Shown here: one piece after another, positions 13,850-33,154 of the stretch
Position numbering within the stretch: position 1 is the stretch's first letter
Layout: every line of letters begins with the position of its first letter
NCBI GenBank assembly: GCA_951406725.2
Contig: OX597817.1
Location: 116,436,001 to 116,500,000, forward strand
DNA: 64,000 nt
Reading direction: 5' to 3'
DNA from: Octopus vulgaris
Taxonomy: Eukaryota
Position numbers and translations under genes: made by a program
The notes under the pieces: generated by a model
Told to the model about the DNA's origin: nothing
Databases searched by the model: none
What the model saw: only the letters and a program-made list of their open reading frames with translations

Positions 13850-14340
13850 CTTTGAGATAGGAAGGTGATCAAAGACAGACAGGAAGTGAAAAGGGGAGGT
13901 AAAAAATTGAATGACAATGATAAAGTAGTGAAGAAAGAAAGGAATAAAGGAATACAGAAAAATAAATAAAAAAAGAAGTAAACATAGAAGGAAGAAAAAG
14001 AATGTAAAGAGTAATTCAGAAAGAAAATGGAGAGGAGTGTAAAATGAAAGAAGGGAAGTAATAAAAAGTATAGAAAAGAATGAAATGGAAAACGAAAAAG
14101 AAAAACGGAAGAGAAAGATGAAATAAATAACATCGAAGAATAAAACGAGTAGAGAAATAAAGAATAGAACTGTGACAGAAAACGAATCGCAGAAAGAAAT
14201 AAAGAAAGAATGCGAGACATATAACAATGAAGGAAGACGGAATAACTGACACACCAGCATTGCTTTGAACTAAATATTTCAGGAAAAAAAAAGAAAAAAA
14301 TTGTAAAGGGAATTAAAGAGAAATATTGAAAAAGGGACAC
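13850..14340. repeat. Purine-rich (GA/AAG) low-complexity tract
   Basis: Strong A/G strand bias without fixed period; explains the F/S/L-rich minus-strand ORFs. Confidence 0.8.
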
Positions 14341-14981
14341 GCTATCTGAATGTATTATATATATGTCAGTTCGTGTCTTTTAATGGTATATAATACTTGT
14401 AATTTAGTTTTCAAGCGATTTTAGAAAAGAAAGAAAATTCACAATCATTTCCGAAAGAAAAAGAAAATGTCGAACAAAAAACGAAAACGTTGTTGGGTCA
14501 TTGTCAACAGGGGTGCGCGGGAATTCGATAAATTTTGTATCTATAAATATATCTATGTCTCTGTGTGTTTATGTGCGCGTACGTGTGTGTTTCAATGCGT
14601 GTATGTGTTTTGAATGCGTGTATGCGTGTTTGAATGCGCGTCTATGTGTGTGTGTGTCCTTGTGAGTGTGTGTGTGTGTGTCTTTGTGAGTGTGTTTGTG
14701 TGTGTGTGTGTGTGTTTCTAAGAAGATGAGTTGAAGATAAAATAACACATCCGCTAACGGAATCTGACAGCTGTCTTTAAGGAATATAAGAATCGAAGTA
14801 GACAAGGCGTGAAAATAGTTTGGTGATGAACAATGTACCAGACAGTTCGGTATAATCACAATAATCAACACTCTTTTCTCGGTTCTCAAAAAGCCATTCA
14901 ATATATTTATTCCGACGTTTATTTATATTTATTCATTTATACGCACACAATACACACATAAACATACTTACAGATATGGTG

Positions 14982-15048
<67 letters not shown>

Positions 15049-15498
15049 ATATATGTATATATATATATGTATGTATATCTATGTATATGTATAATATATG
15101 TATGCTTATACGCATACACATCTTTATTTATAGACATACCGCATAAGTATTTCTATGCGTGTATTAGAGTGTAGAAATCATTTATTTTCTAAAACATTTA
15201 ATTACATTCTTCAAAAAGTAGTTACTATAGTTATAGCGTCTTACCTTCATTTATTTGGCAACTTTCCTAAAATCTATGCCGAACTTAAATTCAGATCAGT
15301 GACTATTATTTATACTAATTAATATATCGTGTATGGTCAAATAAACGCATAATTGTGCTTGGTATGAATCTCATATATACAAGCTGCTGAAAATTATTCG
15401 ATAATATGGCTGTATTTTTTTCCAAACTTCACACTCATGTGTATGTAACGTGCTTATACGAATAAACACTCCTATATATTTGCATGTATGTATGTATG

Positions 15499-15532
<34 letters not shown>

Positions 15533-15622
15533 TGTATGTATGTATGTATGTATGTATGTATGTATGTATGTATGTATGTATGTATGCATGTATGCATGCA
15601 TGCATGTATGTATGTATGTATG

Positions 15623-15682
<60 letters not shown>

Positions 15683-16121
15683 GTTTTATGGAGAAATGTC
15701 GTAAGTTCAAAAGTTGCTTTGTTTCAGAAAACGAAATAGTTTCACGATTCCACTGTGCTATTCCGTTTCACCATTCCCTTGTACTACACTTTAACAATTT
15801 TTTTATATCTTGGCATCTGAAGCATTTTTAGCGAAAGAACCTGCTATTGCAAACAAAAATACATATCGAAAAATCGCATTTGGTCAAATTCGCACATACG
15901 ACTGTTTAACATAATAGCAATGATATATATGTATATACACACAAACACACACACACATATGCATATATGTCTGCGTGGAAATGTTTGTATTTATGCCTGT
16001 ATGTTTGTGTTCGTATTTGTGTGATTGCATGTAAAAGTATTTATGTATGTATGGAAATTAACTCCTACACGTACATTAAGTATAGTTGGTTGGTATTTTT
16101 ATTATTTTCGTTTTTGTTGTT

Positions 16122-16175
16122 CATTCTCTCGAGCTCCGGATCAAATCCGATCGAGTGAAACAACGGTCGAAAATG
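16122..16175 (+). ncRNA. Degenerate hammerhead ribozyme remnant in Penelope-like terminal repeat
   Basis: Stem I CATTCTC/GAAAATG (1 mismatch), stem II CTC..CGGAT/ATCCG..GAG, GAAAC-AACG-GTC. The CUGANGA box is largely lost. Confidence 0.45.
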
Positions 16176-16365
16176 TCTCCATGACCACTCACTCTTTTTG
16201 TTTGTCTCTTAAAAATGTGTTTAATGTTCCCTTACACTTTTGAAACATTAGATTTAAGTCGCTATACTTTCTTTCATTGTTATTCAAAGATAGCGATTTT
16301 GGGGAAGTGATTGTTTGGTGCTTATTTTGGGCAAGTTTTATCCCATACTTGCACTTTGTGTGTAT

Positions 16366-16439
<74 letters not shown>

Positions 16440-16625
16440 AGGTGTGTTGAAGTCATACATTAAAAACAATATTGTTATTAAGTGTGAATTAGTAATTTGA
16501 TAGCACAAGTATTATTAAAATATTGATGTACAGATACATGAATATATATATATACATATATATATATAATTGCTATATTTATGCCATAATTATTCCTTAA
16601 TCAATTACTATTCTGCTAATATACA

Positions 16626-17138
16626 TCTATATATATAAAACTCAACTTGTGTGCCTGTGTGTGTATCTGTGTGTGTGTCTTTGTGTTTAACTTCCCGGCA
16701 CATCTCCTCCTAGCCAACAAATCGTAGAACCACCAAAAAATGGGTCACTTAAAGTTTAGACAAATGAAAATTGAACTTCGCTATTTCTGTTCCGAAATTC
16801 ATCTCGTAAGTGCAAAAATTGATAATGTGTTTGTTTAGGCCTTATCCCATGCATTGAATAGTGAACTTTACTCAATCAGCTGTTTGACGTGAACTGTGTT
16901 CACCACGCGAGCAAGCATGCGTAAATTGCCTGAAAAATAAAAAATCAAGATATAAAAACGAATCGCCGAAAACAACATTGTAGAAATTCGGCAAAGAAGT
17001 GAATTTTCGGGATGTAGTCTGGAGCGTTTTTTCGTATTAATCGTTTGGACTTTGTGAACACATACCAATTATTTTCATAACATCTTTAACGCTTTGAATT
17101 AAATGTGACCATTTTGCAAAGCCGGGCAATACTGCTAG
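16626..17138 (+). mobile_element. Non-autonomous Helitron
   Basis: Left end A|TCTATATATATAAAA followed by a TG-rich tract; right end GCAAAGCCGGGCAATACTGCTAG|T. Insertion between A and T with no TSD. Confidence 0.75.
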
Positions 17139-17210
<72 letters not shown>

Positions 17211-17280
17211 ATATATATATTAATAAATATAATTATAAATAAATAAATACACACATATATATATGTATGTATATATATAT

Positions 17281-20932
<3,652 letters not shown>

Positions 20933-22204
20933 TGTGTATATATATATATATATACATACATATATATATACAAACATATACACACACATATATTTCATGT
21001 TAATACTAAAGATTTTTTGTTTGTTTTCACATTCTAGTTATCGTCATTACTGCCGAGCAAACCATGTTTAAAATAAATGTTATGCAAAGCTATTTAATCC
21101 ACGAAAATCATGTAGACCATATTCTCCAATGTAGTTTTCTAAAAAGTTCCTGTGATCTCAGAAATTTCGGTTGCTATTTCTATCATTCTCAGCAACCACT
21201 AAGAAATAGTTGTGTAACGTGTGGCTTATGGGAAATATGCTAGCATATACATACTACGATGCTGTATTCCTGCATATTGAGATTTATTTAAAGCTCACAC
21301 CAGATCTGATAAAATCAAATGTGGAAAACTATACGAAGTCAAACATCCAAGCAAAGAAACAGTCGATAGAGAATTTAACCTTACAACAATTAACGTATTT
21401 TCGAGGGTCAACGCATATATTTTGTGCTTGCCTACTCCAGCGATCTCACTAAATATACAAAAAAAAGCAGCCAAGACTTTAAGGCTTACTAATCAAATAT
21501 GAAAATGCATTAAATATACTGAATATTTCAATTGCTTGTAATCTTATTTGTATGATTTAGTGTGACCTGTCATATTAAAGGACATAACATTTTAGAAAGA
21601 AATTTGAGAAAATAGAGTACGTTAAGCTCTACGAAAATCCACCCAAGAAAGAGATGGTGATGGTAAAACGTAATTGGTTACGTCTATCGCCCGATATTTT
21701 GTGGAGTCTACACAAACGTCTTTCTCAAAGTTTCCATCAATCCGTTTTCACTCGGAAGGTTTAGGTCGATGCAAGGAATCACGAGCCCACGCTGATTGTT
21801 TCATCGATTCTAAGAGCATGTTATGAATAGTCATATATTGTTAGCAAATATGAAACACTCTAAACCAACAATGAGTAATAATGATGTGTCACGTATGCTG
21901 TTTAGCTCAGGCTATTACTCCGGACAGAGAATAGGGATTTCTTATTTGGTAATTAACTTATCAGAATCAAAAGTAGCACTGGCATGCGAATCTATATGTC
22001 AATGCACTAAACATGTAATGCAATGGAACGAATGTTTTAAGCAAGATAGTTTATCAAAATATATTTTATCCAAAGTTTATTAAAGTTACATCATCCAACA
22101 TATACACAAATCAAAAAAACACTTTCACTTTTTCTTTCACTTTTTCTTTACTTCTCTTTCTCCCTCTCTCTCTCTCTATATATATATATATAAAACTATC
22201 TTCA

Positions 22205-22696
<492 letters not shown>

Positions 22697-23583
22697 CCTT
22701 TCTACTATAGGCACCAGGCTTGAAATTTTAGCTGAGGGGACGATTACAACAACCCCATATATATATGGGGAAAGTGGACTCCTGTATTAAAATAATGTGT
22801 ATGCAGATAGATGAATAGCTAGATAGCTACGAAGACTGAGAGGACAAGTAACTTGTTATATGCATAAGTACGTTTATTTAATAACACCTACCTGTTATGC
22901 TTATCTACGGTGGGAAATTATTCTGCTCAAATGAACAGTAATATTTGTAGACAGGTTCAGCTTCGCAATTCGTGATGTTTTGTTACAACGCTTGAGAACT
23001 TTTGCCATTTGAAGTTTCCACCTACCACTCAATCTTTAGATAATGTATTGTAGCAATTGTAATGCATATAAGTATATTCTATTTGCAATCAAATGCATTC
23101 ATCGCTTGACGTGTCTGTACCCTAACATTTACAATGGTTATACAAATATAACAAATCGAATTCGGTTATGATGCATTCAAAGAGTTTGACACTAGCTTTG
23201 TTTCCTTTTGTGAGACAAAGATAACATTCTGATTATTTGCGACATTGCCTATCTTATTTTTTAAATATAAATTGAGATATGCTTTAGGTCCATTGAACAA
23301 CATAAATAACGCCGAGCAAACTTGTATTTGTTCCTTAATGATAAACGCAAATACAAGTCATCATATTATTTCCAAATCGGAAATAGATTACTTCAAGTTT
23401 TTTCTCCCTTCTTCCGCTATTTTGCCTTAGATTTGCTCCAAAAATAAATAATTCAGAATTCGTCACTCTGTTTATATCAAAATTTATTTCTCGGGGAACG
23501 TTCTCTTATACTCTTTATCTTCTTCTGCCCCATCTCTTTCCTTTCTTTCTCTCCCATTCTCTCACTTCCCCACTCTCTCTCTA

Positions 23584-23643
<60 letters not shown>

Positions 23644-24489
23644 AACACGCATACACACATCAGTGAGTTTTAAGATCTTTTATATTTCCACTTGTATAAC
23701 TACAGAAACCTCAAATAAAGCAGTGTGAATAATATCAAACAAAATTTTGTAGTTCGAAATATTGCACGTAACAATTCGTTTTCAGTAGCGTAAAAAAAAT
23801 ACTAGTTTATGAATATATGCATGCATGTATGTACGTATGTACGTATGTATGTATGTATGTATGTAAGTATGTATGTATGTATGTATGTATGTATGTATGT
23901 ATGTAGTGTGTGTGCTTGTGTGTATGAGTGTGTGTATGTGTGTGCGTGTGCATTTATGTACGTATAAATATGCCATAATTACGTTGGACATTTTAATCGC
24001 TATATAATAATATATGTTATTATGTTAGTTGATTGGTTGTTTCTTTGTTTAATTTCTCCAGTTACGTTTCCCATTCTAGATTCAGAGAGAGAGAGAGAGA
24101 GAAAGAGAGAGTAAAAGAGAGATACAAAGACAGAAAGAGAGAGAGGGCGAGTGAGTTTGCATGTATATGTATGTTCATTCCATAACATACAACCACGTAA
24201 TTTCATCTTTTATGTCTAGACTATTATTTTATTAAATTTTATTTTAAGGTCATAAATACTTTTCCTTCAAAAATTAGTATTCATCAATTTCTTCATTTTT
24301 ATATTTAGAAGCGTTAAGAAATTTGATAAAAATAATTTTAATAATATATAGCGTATTTCCTAATATTACTTATGGTGGCAAATGTATACATCTAAAGTTA
24401 TATGACACATGACCGGAAACACTGTAATCAACATGTTTAAGAAGTGTTTATTTAATCGACAGAACTGTTAAAAAGGCAAAAAATAGACT

Positions 24490-24598
24490 AAAGCGGACAG
24501 TTGCCCACGGCAGGACTTAAACTCAGAACGTAAAGGCGAACAAAACCCTACGACGCGTTTTGACAGGTGTGCTAACGATTTCCCTAGCTCGCCGCCTA
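24490..24598 (-). mobile_element. SINE family A, 5' part (degenerate)
   Basis: Minus strand GGCGGCGAGCTAGGGAAATCGTTAGCAC...TACGTTCTGAGTTTAAGTCCTGCCG matches the head at 59651. Confidence 0.7.
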
Positions 24599-24664
24599 AA
24601 TATCCAACTAAAAATATTTGTTCCAAATTTTGGCACAAGGCCAGCAACTTCGAAGGAATGCCAC

Positions 24665-25470
24665 ATTATCAAATTTGCGCTGTTGAATTAAAGAGTTAAT
24701 ATTCGTGAGGCATTCCTTGAAACACAGTGGTGGCCTGTAGATCCCAATTATTGCAAAATCATTTGATTTGTTATACACAAACGCTCATTCAAAACAGCCA
24801 TTGGAGAATGAGACAAATAAATGTATCGTATAGGAAAATAGCGACTGCTCGCTTTCTTCTAGCAGCGCGGTCTGCGCGAACGGTGTTTAATTCCTCGCCT
24901 TTATTTAAGTTTCCTAGTAAGAGTTAATGTGAGTCTTAGGAAGGTCGATGAAAGGAATGAGGTGTGGGTTGTCGACAACCCAATCTTGAATGAACTGAAT
25001 ATTCCATCCTTTTCAATTAAAGGATGGCCTGATGCCTTGTGCGTTCAACAAAAGTGCTGAGACTGGAGTAATGCTCCAAAGAGAATTATGGCTTATTGAC
25101 AGCAAGGAGGGTAGTTTCTGCTCAAGGGTTAAAACAGAGGTTGGTACTGTTTCCCTCCTCTTTGCCATGGATAAAAACGAATTTACCTGGTTAATGAGAA
25201 TTTTGCGATTGAAATTACACTCTCAATATTGTTGGTTGTTTATTTGCTCGTGCTCGTATTGAATTTCTTCGCTTTCCCGAGTCAGTGGAAAGATTCGTGC
25301 CGGGGTTGCTGATTTTGCTTATGTTTTTGTTATATCTTGCTGCCTTAGATAAGAGAAAATACATGCCAGAGACTGCTTTGATGCGGGGTGTTTTTATAGA
25401 GATTTGGGGAATGGCTAGATGCTTTGATTTTGATTGTGAGTCGGGTTTAGGGGAGATGCGTGAGCACATA
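24665..25470 (-). pseudogene. CR1/L2-group LINE 5' fragment (ORF1 end plus APE endonuclease start)
   Basis: Minus-strand motifs SALLLNAQGI, IPFID, FRADRAARRKRAVAIFL, FSNG, NDFAIIGIYRPP..FKECL; frameshifted. Confidence 0.75.
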
Positions 25471-26207
25471 ATCTTGCTGTAAACATAATCACGTATGCAT
25501 GTACGAATATGTGTATTCTTTCGTTCTCTCGTATAGGCCTTTCAGTGTGTTTTTCTTTTTGTTTTAATAAACGTGCTATTTCTACGGAAATTTCTATCAA
25601 ATTTTAATTTTAGCTGCTAGTCTATTTATATCAAATTTTTATTTCGGCAGCTATTCTATTTATATAAAAGCTTCCCTTACACTGCTATATAAATTGGATT
25701 ATCTCGCAAAACTATATAGAGTGAATAAAAGAGATGTAACAGTCCTTTTATACCTATATGATAAAGAAAATTCATATTTGGGCACAAGAATTTCTCTTTG
25801 AAATCATTCTTTTATTTGTATGCAAATTTATTCCAAGTTAATTTGGAAGCAGAAAGAAAAATATATTTGTAGACGCATTCTAAGTTAGTTTATAACATTG
25901 TTTAACCTCAGGTCAATCCCAGTCATACAAATGTATCTCGGGGTGGCTTACACATTACAATGCGTAAATATCTTTTGTCGTAACCGGATTAAATTTTGCT
26001 CGACGCAAAAATGGCAGAATTATATGCATCTGAAACATTGATATAAATCTGAAAGAATGATAATGATCTTAAATTATATCCAAATATTTTCATGCCAGTA
26101 AATATTTTACAAGCCTGACTTGTTACATATAGGTGACAAATCTACAAATCAGAAACCACGGTACTGAAAGAAAACAGAATGACATATTAAACAGATTATT
26201 TGTATAA

Positions 26208-26405
26208 GCGTTACCACGCTGGAAAAGGCACTTAGCAGCATATATTCTGACTCTTTACATTCTGAGTTCAAAAGGCACCGAGACCGACTGTACCTTTCAT
26301 CTTTTCGGAATCGATAGAATAAGTACAAGCTGAGTTCTGGGGGTCGATGTAACGAACTAGAACTCTAACACAAAAACGGTAGAAAATATCAGGCCTTATG
26401 CTTGT
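26208..26405 (+). mobile_element. SINE family A (degenerate)
   Basis: TTCTGAGTTCAAA...CCTTTCATCTTTTCGGAATCGATAGAATAAGTAC...GGGGTCGATGTAA. Confidence 0.7.
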
Positions 26406-26644
26406 AGAGATATATTCTACTAATTCAGAGTTGATTTCTTTGAACAACGAGCCATATAATTATGCTGTTTGTAACAAAACCACCGAAATAATTCCGGTTC
26501 TCAACATTTAGACTGACTAGAATGATTAGGTGAAAGGTATAGTTATGGCATCAGCTGTCACTTCTTCCTTAGTGCTTATTTAAATTGAGCACTGAAGTAT
26601 CAAAAGCAAATTCGAGAGTGGAGAGATGGATAGATTCCCAATCT

Positions 26645-27024
26645 TTGGTAATTTTTGGTTATCTCACCTCCATTAAAAAATTGGGTTATTTCCTCCGGTT
26701 TTACGAGAAATATCGGTACATTTGGTTATCTCCTTTAACTGAAAAATTCATTTAACCTTCAATAACAAAAAAACTAAAAAAATTTAATAATCATGAAAAC
26801 TGAAAAAAATAAACACCTTACTGAATCTGGTAATACTTTAATAACACATCATACCATGCCTATTGGGGAGGCTAAACGTCAACAATGTTTTGAAGTACTG
26901 AATCAAAATGATCTAACTCTTTTAATCTAAATCTGTTGTCACCACATTAACATTTTTTTGTAGGGAGATAACCCAGTTTTTTAATGGCATTTTTTAATAT
27001 GGGGGAGATAACCAAAGTGTACCC
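26645..27024. mobile_element. MITE-like element with repeated GGTTATCTCC / GGAGATAACC terminal motifs
   Basis: Three left-facing and two right-facing copies. GGTACATTTGGTTATCTCC mirrors GGAGATAACCAAAGTGTACC, and CCATTAAAAAATTGGGTTAT mirrors ATAACCCAGTTTTTTAATGG. Confidence 0.6.
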
Positions 27025-28113
27025 AACCTTTTAAAAAGTATTTACGTCGGTTTCCGACGATATAATCGAATACCTGTTTACTATAGGATATGAAAGTAAC
27101 AACTAAGAAACAAAAAATCCAAACATGCTAAATTTTTTATGTCAGCCTTCAGAGTAATTCGTTGCAAGAAATAATATTCCGTTTACATATATTGTATAAA
27201 AGAAACATATCTTTCGGCAAAGTATAGTTACATTCCCTAATTAATATAAGTAATATAAGCTATATATATATAAACATATTCGGTATTGTAGGCAAATTCT
27301 ATTATTCAAGATTTGCCAGTGAATTCTAAAGGCAATTATCAGCTTACGTTCTGTCTTATATAATACGCACTCAGATATAATATATTTTTTTTCTTTGTTT
27401 TATTTTGTAAATAGAATATGATTTTCATTTTACTGCTGTTATCAGAGAATAAGTGCTTATTGTGCGAAATCCAGAACGCAATGATTCGCAAGCACTATCT
27501 CACCCAATCACAAGAGCAGAGGCACGCACTCCTCACACATACACATCGTTGGTGTAACCATCATATTCTGATGTTCTGATGAGTTAGCTTTCTTTATCTG
27601 CATGTTTTTGTTAATATGTCATTTTAATGTATAAAGCACATTAATTTCTTCCACCCTGAAATTATTACTACATGATGAAGGCTGTGGGTCCGTAGTCCTA
27701 AAGATGCCAAGTGGTTAAATAAATATATCCACCTCTCTCACTCCTGACACTTTATGGTTTATATATAGAAATACATATATATATATATATATATATTAAA
27801 AAGCAAATATTACAATGCAAATATTACATCAGTTTTAAAATGTAGAGCAATCTTCAGTTGCACAAGAATATAGAATTTAGTTGAATTCAAAGGATTCATT
27901 TATATAGTTATTCTATTAACCAAAATCACAAAGAGGATAAGTAGATAGACAAAGAGCAAGTTTCATCATCAACATCATAGTTTTAACTGTTATTTTTTCA
28001 CAGAAAGACACTGCTTATCATTGATTTTAATTTATTTAGATTTACTACTGGGTGGGGGTTTAGTTCTATATTTATAGATATTATATCTAAACATGTATCA
28101 TAAATCAACATAA

Positions 28114-28219
<106 letters not shown>

Positions 28220-28236
28220 TTAATAATAATAATAAT

Positions 28237-29413
<1,177 letters not shown>

Positions 29414-29454
29414 GTAATAATAATAATGATAATAATAATAATAATGATAATAAA

Positions 29455-32400
29455 CAGCTACTGGGGGTGCTGCTGCTGATGATGATAAATGAGGCCCCTG
29501 TACGAAGATTAGTGGTATTTTTTTTAATGAAAACTTAATAAATATTTAACTTTACTTGAAAAGAAACTTTCTAACAGTACACCAAATCGCTTGTCCAATG
29601 GTTATACAGGAAGCGCGCCCGTTAGGAAGCTGCCAGCCTGATGGCGAAAAATTTTCAAATGGCAGAATATCTTCCTGGAAGGTCACTTAAACGGTATTTG
29701 TCCCAAATTAAGCCCCCAAAATTCACCGCCACGACGACCAAAAAATCAAAAAGTAAAAGAACTAAATAGAACCGGGAAGAATATAAAGAAGTAATATATG
29801 CTTATTACTTTGCATTAAGTAGGCCAACCCAAGAGAAACACACCGCAAACTCCTACAGAATTTGGAGGAGCCGGAATCCAGCTAGCAGACCAAACCTGGA
29901 TGAAAACAGATTACCAAATGTTAGAAGAGATATCTTCAGAAATACCAGACTCACAGATGCAGAATTAACCTCTATTAAAAAAGTGGTATAGAATGACGTA
30001 AATGTAAGTCAGGATAGAAATAACGAAGCTGAGGAAAGGAAAGTTGGGTCAAAAGCATTGACTGAAAGGCGACCGTCTGCCGAAACGACTCAAGATCCTG
30101 AAGAAAAAGGAAAATATAATGACCCTAGAAAAAACAGCCCGGAAAATGATGTCGAAACAGAATTTGAAGACCACATGTTTGTTGAACAACACAGAAAATC
30201 TATCATTGAAATGAAGCAAGAAGTTTTGAATGAGCTTGCAGTTGTAGGACATACAACTATGAATGATAGGGAACCACTCCATAAACTCCCAAATGCACAC
30301 CAACATAAAACACAAATAAAAATTGGCAACTGCGTTACACAAGAAATCATACACCAACTAAAACCCGATCTTAATGAATTAAATGTAATTATTTACTCTG
30401 TCGCTAAGGTAATCGAAAGACACTGTTTAACACCCAAAAAGTCAACAATACCAAATTCGAAACGAAAATCAAACTGGAGGAGTAGAATTGAAACTGAAAT
30501 TGAATCATTGCGAAGGGAGATATCAATATTAACTGAGTTAATCTCTGGAAATGATGTAAGATCAAGAAAAGGCAGCAAGATTGTGAGAAAATATGGACAC
30601 TCAACAAGAGAAAAACTAATGTCAGCGAAAGAAACACTTAAACAAATTCTACAAACAAAATAAGTTGTTCAAATATAATGTCAAATCATTTTACAGGGAA
30701 ATAGGGAAAGAAAAAATAACCATTGAAAATCCACTCCTAATGGAAGAAGTTGAAAAATTTTGGAAGGGGATCTGGAGTGATGAGAAACCGTACAATGAAA
30801 ATGCAGACTGGATCAAACGCACCCAAGATACCTACAAAAATCTACAAGAAAAGGTATGGGAAGACATCTCGATCACCGACCTAAGGAGGACACTAACGAA
30901 GGCCCATAAGTGGAAATCCCCTGGTATTGATAGAGTACCAAATTTCTGGCTTTCATCACTCTGGTCTGCACACAAAATGTTAGTAATACTATTTAATAGA
31001 ATTATGAAAGACCAGGAAAAAACACCTCATTGGATGGCAAATGGTATTACTTACCTCCTCCCCCAAAATAACAAAACGAAAGACCCAAAAAACTACCGGC
31101 CTATAACATGTTTATCTACTACCTATAAGATTTTGACTTCTATTCTGGTAGAGAAAACATATACATTTATGGAAGAGAATAAACTCTTTCTCACTGAACA
31201 AAAAGGATGCAGACGAGGCACGTACGGATGCAAAGATCAGCTCCTAATTAATCGCATGATCCTTTAGAACTGCAATAACAAGCGCAGATATCTCAGCTCT
31301 TCATGGATTGATTATAAATAAAGCCTTTGACAGCATACCGCATTCGTGGATTCTAAAATTATAATATGTCACTATGGAACACGAAGCTCCAATTATATCA
31401 TTCTAATGGGGTATTGCACTCAAACAACATTAGCATAAACTGGAATTTTCCAAGGTGACTCACTTTCACCACTAATTTTTTGCATAGCACTAATACCACT
31501 CTCAAATGAACTGAATAGCACATGATATGGCTACAAAATTGACAACAGGAAAATAAGCCATCTATTTTATATGGATGATTTAAAGCTATATGGCAAAAAT
31601 GATGAAGAGCTTGAAGGATTATTACATACCGTGAAAGGATTCAGTGATTATATCGGTATGGAGTTTGGCCTTGAAAAGTGTGCCAAAGCCACTTTTAAGA
31701 AAGGGAAATTGGTAAAGTCTAGTTCAATCGAATTAGATTTCGAAACAGTAATAAATCAAGGTTCTGGTAACAAGCATGCAAGCATGAAAGAGAAGGTTAG
31801 GAAGGAATGTTATAGAAGAGTTCGAGCAGTCCTGAAGTCTGAGCTGAATGCATATAATAATGTGTTAGTCATAAATTCCTTAGCAGTACCAGTTGTTCTT
31901 TATAGCTTCAATGTGCTTAACTGGAATACCAGTGAAATAATGAAAATTGACAGAAAAATCCGCAAGCTACTGACTTGTAATAAGATGCACCACCCAAAGG
32001 CAGACGTGGATCGCCTTTACCTTCCTAGAGCTCAGGGAGGTCGAGGGTTGATCCAGCTTGAACTTACATACAAAACCACCACAATCGGACTGGCCAAATA
32101 TGAAACCTTCACTCTCTGCTTTTAGCCCTGAGCTTCGTAACCATTGGTGCGTGTTTCTGGTCGACATCAGCTTGTTTGCTACACGCCACATACTTACCAT
32201 GGAGAGGTTCCTGTTCCCATCTGCTAGCTAAATTTTCATGTGCTTTTGTCTTTGCAATTAATTTCATTTTTTTTTGCAGCTGCAGTTGGCGCATCTCCTT
32301 CAGCCTGATCAATCTGGTGGGTAGCTAAGAGATCAGCAGCGAATTTTTTGCTCTCTTTCAGAATAGAGTGAAGTTTTCCAACGATTGGATGCTAAAACTT

Positions 32401-33149
32401 GTTAAAAAACATGAAAGACCTAAAAAAACTTCACTCTATTCTGAAAGAGAGCAAAAAATTCGCTGCTGATCTCTTAGCTACCCACCAGATTGATCAGGCT
32501 GAAGGAGATGCGCCAACTGCAGCTGCAAAAAAAAAATTAAATTAATTGCAAAGACAAAAGCACATGAAAATTTAGCTAGCAGTTGGGGACAGAAACCTCT
32601 CCATGGCAAGTATGTGGCGTGTAGCAAACAAGCTGACGTCGACCAGAAACACACGCACCAATGGTTACGAAGCTCAGGGCTAAAAGCAGAGAGTGAAGGT
32701 TTCATATTAGCTGCTCAAGACCAAAGCTTATTAACCCGGAACTACCTAACCAATGTGATGAAAAATGGAGCTGACCCAAAATGCCGATTCTGTAACGATG
32801 AGATTGAAACAATTGACGACCTAATCCCAGGGTGTAGAGCCTTAGCACCTGCAGAATATAAAGCAAGACGTGACAGAGTCGGCCAGTATTTATATTGGAC
32901 AATATGTCGGTATTATAAAACCAAAACCGCTGACAAATGGTATAAACAACCTCTTGAAGCTGTGACTGAGGGAGAAAATGTGTCGATTCTATGGGACTTT
33001 CCCGTACAGACCGACAAGACTATAAAAGCTAATAAACCGGATATTATTATAAAAGATCAGACAAAAACATGTGTTTATTAATTGACATGAGTATCCCTTG
33101 TGATCACAATATAGCGGCGAAAGAATTTGACAAGATTAGTAAATATAAA
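29455..33149 (+). mobile_element. Near-full-length, decayed R4/Dong-clade RLE non-LTR retrotransposon
   Basis: N-terminal REEYKEVIYAYY; RT motifs WKSPGIDRVPNFW, NYRPITCL, EQKGC..G..GCKDQL, GIFQGDSLSPLIF, HLFYMDDLKLY; zinc knuckle CRFC...(H>D)...C; RLE KPDIII..D/IDMSIP..K..KY. Multiple stops and deletions; 3' end cut off; preceded by (TAA)n. Confidence 0.93.
32097..32708. repeat. Inverted duplication inside the Dong ORF (arms 32097-32377 and 32425-32708, 47-nt spacer)
   Basis: The left arm is the reverse complement of the right arm with a few substitutions and indels; visible as mirrored ORFs in the track. Confidence 0.95.
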
Positions 33150-33154
33150 TATAG

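Noticed and set aside
13802-14340. Hydrophobic 152- and 174-aa ORFs resembling membrane proteins
   Set aside because: Reverse read of a purine-rich low-complexity tract; no motifs.
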